Position numbers and translations under genes: made by a program. Below are positions 62,673 to 64,000 of a DNA stretch of 64,000 nt, one piece after another (within the stretch, counting starts at the first letter, position 1; every line of letters begins with the position of its first letter). Source of the DNA: Candidatus Woesearchaeota archaeon (GTDB taxonomy: Archaea; Nanobdellota; Nanobdellia; Pacearchaeales; UBA284); the NCBI GenBank assembly GCA_964396475.1, contig CAYNFE010000004.1:6519-70518 (forward strand), written 5' to 3'. Below the pieces are notes generated by a model. It did not search any database. It was given only the letters and a program-made list of their open reading frames with translations, and was not told the origin of the DNA.

Positions 62673-63194
62673 ATGAAATCTTCTTACAGTTATATAAGAA
62701 AAACCTGGAAAAATCCTAAAAAAAATATGGGTAAGGCTTATAGAGAAAAATTGATTGATTGGAGAAAAAGTAATGTTGTTGTTAGATTAGATAAACCAAC
62801 AAGATTAGACAGAGCTAGAGCATTAGGATACAAAGCAAAAGTAGGTTTTGTTATTGCTAGAATCAGAATAAGAAGAGGTGGCAGAAAAAGGCCTAAGCCC
62901 AAAGGAGGAAGAAGGAGCAAAAGACAAACTATTAGAAAAACCCTTAAAATGAATTATAGATGGGTAGCTGAACAAAGATGCCAAAAAAAATTTCCTAATC
63001 TTGAAGTTTTAAATTCATACTGGATAGGCAAGGATGGAATTAATTATTTTTATGAAGTAATTCTCGTGGATCCAAGCAGGCCAGAGATAAAAAAAGATAA
63101 AAATATCAAATGGATTATAAGCAAGAAACAAAGAAAAAGAGTTTTGAGAGGATTAACAAGTGCAGGAAAAAAATCTCGTGGCTTAAGAAAATAA
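62673..63194 (+). CDS. rpl15e: 50S ribosomal protein L15e
   Basis: SYSYIRKTWKNPKK...RLDRARALGYKAK.G...RIRIRRGGRKRP is the L15e signature. Confidence 0.9.
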   Translation: MKSSYSYIRKTWKNPKKNMGKAYREKLIDWRKSNVVVRLDKPTRLDRARALGYKAKVGFVIARIRIRRGGRKRPKPKGGRRSKRQTIRKTLKMNYRWVAEQRCQKKFPNLEVLNSYWIGKDGINYFYEVILVDPSRPEIKKDKNIKWIISKKQRKRVLRGLTSAGKKSRGLRK

Positions 63195-63230
63195 CAAAAT
63201 TTATATAAATACTAAATTTATTATTATCGT

Positions 63231-64000
63231 ATGAAAAAAGAGATGAAACCTAAAACAAAATCTTTTAACATATTACTAATATTCTTTATCACATGTATCA
63301 TTCTTCTTCTAATTTTTATAGTTATACCTAACGCAAGAATAAATGGCTATGGAATTGCTGCACCACCTAATGGAAATGGAGATAATGGTGGTGTAACTCC
63401 TGAACCCGGACCAGAAGCAGAACCAAATGGGGGTAGTGGAGGTAGCGGCCCAAGCCTTGAAGAACCAGGATTAATTGCTCCAGGAGAAATTGGATTCGTA
63501 GCCCCTGTAGCTTGCGGTAATGGAATTTGTGAGCCTGGTGAAAGTTATGATAGTTGTTTTATTGATTGTTGTGGTGCTGAAGGAGACCATGTTTTTTCCC
63601 CATATCACTGCTGTCCTGGACTTAAAGCAATAAGTCCTTGTTATCCTGGTTTGCCTTGTCTGTCTACTGGATGGTATTGTATGAATTGTGGTGATGGCAA
63701 ATGTTCAGGAGCAGAAAATCCATTTAACTGTCCTGAAGACTGCGGACCTATTTGCGGTAATAAGATTTGTGAACCTAATGAAAATAATATTAATTGTCCT
63801 ATAGATTGTGCTGCTTTATGTGGTAATGATATTTGTGAACCTCCAATAGAAACCTCCTCAAACTGTAATCAAGATTGTTGTGGAGAGGCAGGCTCAGCAA
63901 TAGGCCCTCCTCATAATTGCTGTGAAGGATTAAAGTTAGTAGATTATGTTCCCCCAGGAGGAAAAGGAGTTCCAATCTCAATCAAATACTGTGTTGATTG
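63231..64000 (+). CDS. Membrane-anchored Cys-rich repeat surface protein, 5' part (runs off the window; absent from the ORF track)
   Basis: Manual translation from the ATG at 63231 is open to nt 64000: MKKEMKPKTKSFNILLIFFITCIILLLIFIV...CGNGICEPGESYDSCFIDCCG...CGDGKCSGAENPFNCPEDC..CGNKICEPNENNINCPIDC..CGNDICEPPIETSSNCNQDCCG... Confidence 0.75.
   Translation, partial: MKKEMKPKTKSFNILLIFFITCIILLLIFIVIPNARINGYGIAAPPNGNGDNGGVTPEPGPEAEPNGGSGGSGPSLEEPGLIAPGEIGFVAPVACGNGICEPGESYDSCFIDCCGAEGDHVFSPYHCCPGLKAISPCYPGLPCLSTGWYCMNCGDGKCSGAENPFNCPEDCGPICGNKICEPNENNINCPIDCAALCGNDICEPPIETSSNCNQDCCGEAGSAIGPPHNCCEGLKLVDYVPPGGKGVPISIKYCVD

Noticed and set aside
1-64000. CRISPR arrays, rRNA genes, transposases/integrases, inteins in MCM/RNR/aIF5B
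   Set aside because: I looked for regularly spaced direct repeats, rRNA-like conserved blocks, DDE/tyrosine-recombinase motifs and intein blocks (C...HNC) and saw none. The protein lengths are consistent with intein-free versions.

Overview
The window is AT-rich, gene-dense (about 80 genes) and almost certainly from a small-genome archaeon of the DPANN type (Woese-/Pacearchaeota-like). The archaeal identity rests on these recognisable genes:
- Translation and ribosome: aIF2-gamma, aIF5B, ribosomal proteins S6e and L15e.
- Transcription and replication: TFE, TBP, MCM and an RPA-like OB-fold protein.
- tRNA-related: an archaeal class I CCA-adding enzyme and an intron-containing tRNA-Val.

Embedded in this backbone is a dense set of genes I recognise as bacterial-type:
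- an Lgt fragment
- an HD-GYP and a GGDEF protein
- NrdR with two NrdR boxes upstream, followed by class II RNR
- a STAS/RsbW-like fusion
- an MltB-like lytic transglycosylase
- a heparinase II/III-like gene bracketed by a 25-bp direct repeat
- an AI-2E transporter and a family-4 UDG

Regions worth a second look:
1. c-di-GMP turnover genes next to Ca2+ transporters.
2. A NrdR / NrdJ / ThyX-like dNTP island.
3. A tight four-gene ORFan operon (31815-34691, minus strand) with two exported products and a GC-rich hairpin at its 5' end.
4. A SWIM-finger two-gene operon next to tRNA-Gly.
5. A six-gene cluster: DUF5320, split permease, NifX-like, DUF134, NifX-like.
6. Poly-lysine tails on core information-processing proteins.
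7. Cys-rich repeat surface proteins, one of which is missing from the ORF track because it runs off the 3' end.

I found no rRNA, CRISPR array or transposase. All functional calls come from motif recognition by eye; no database search or HMM could be run.
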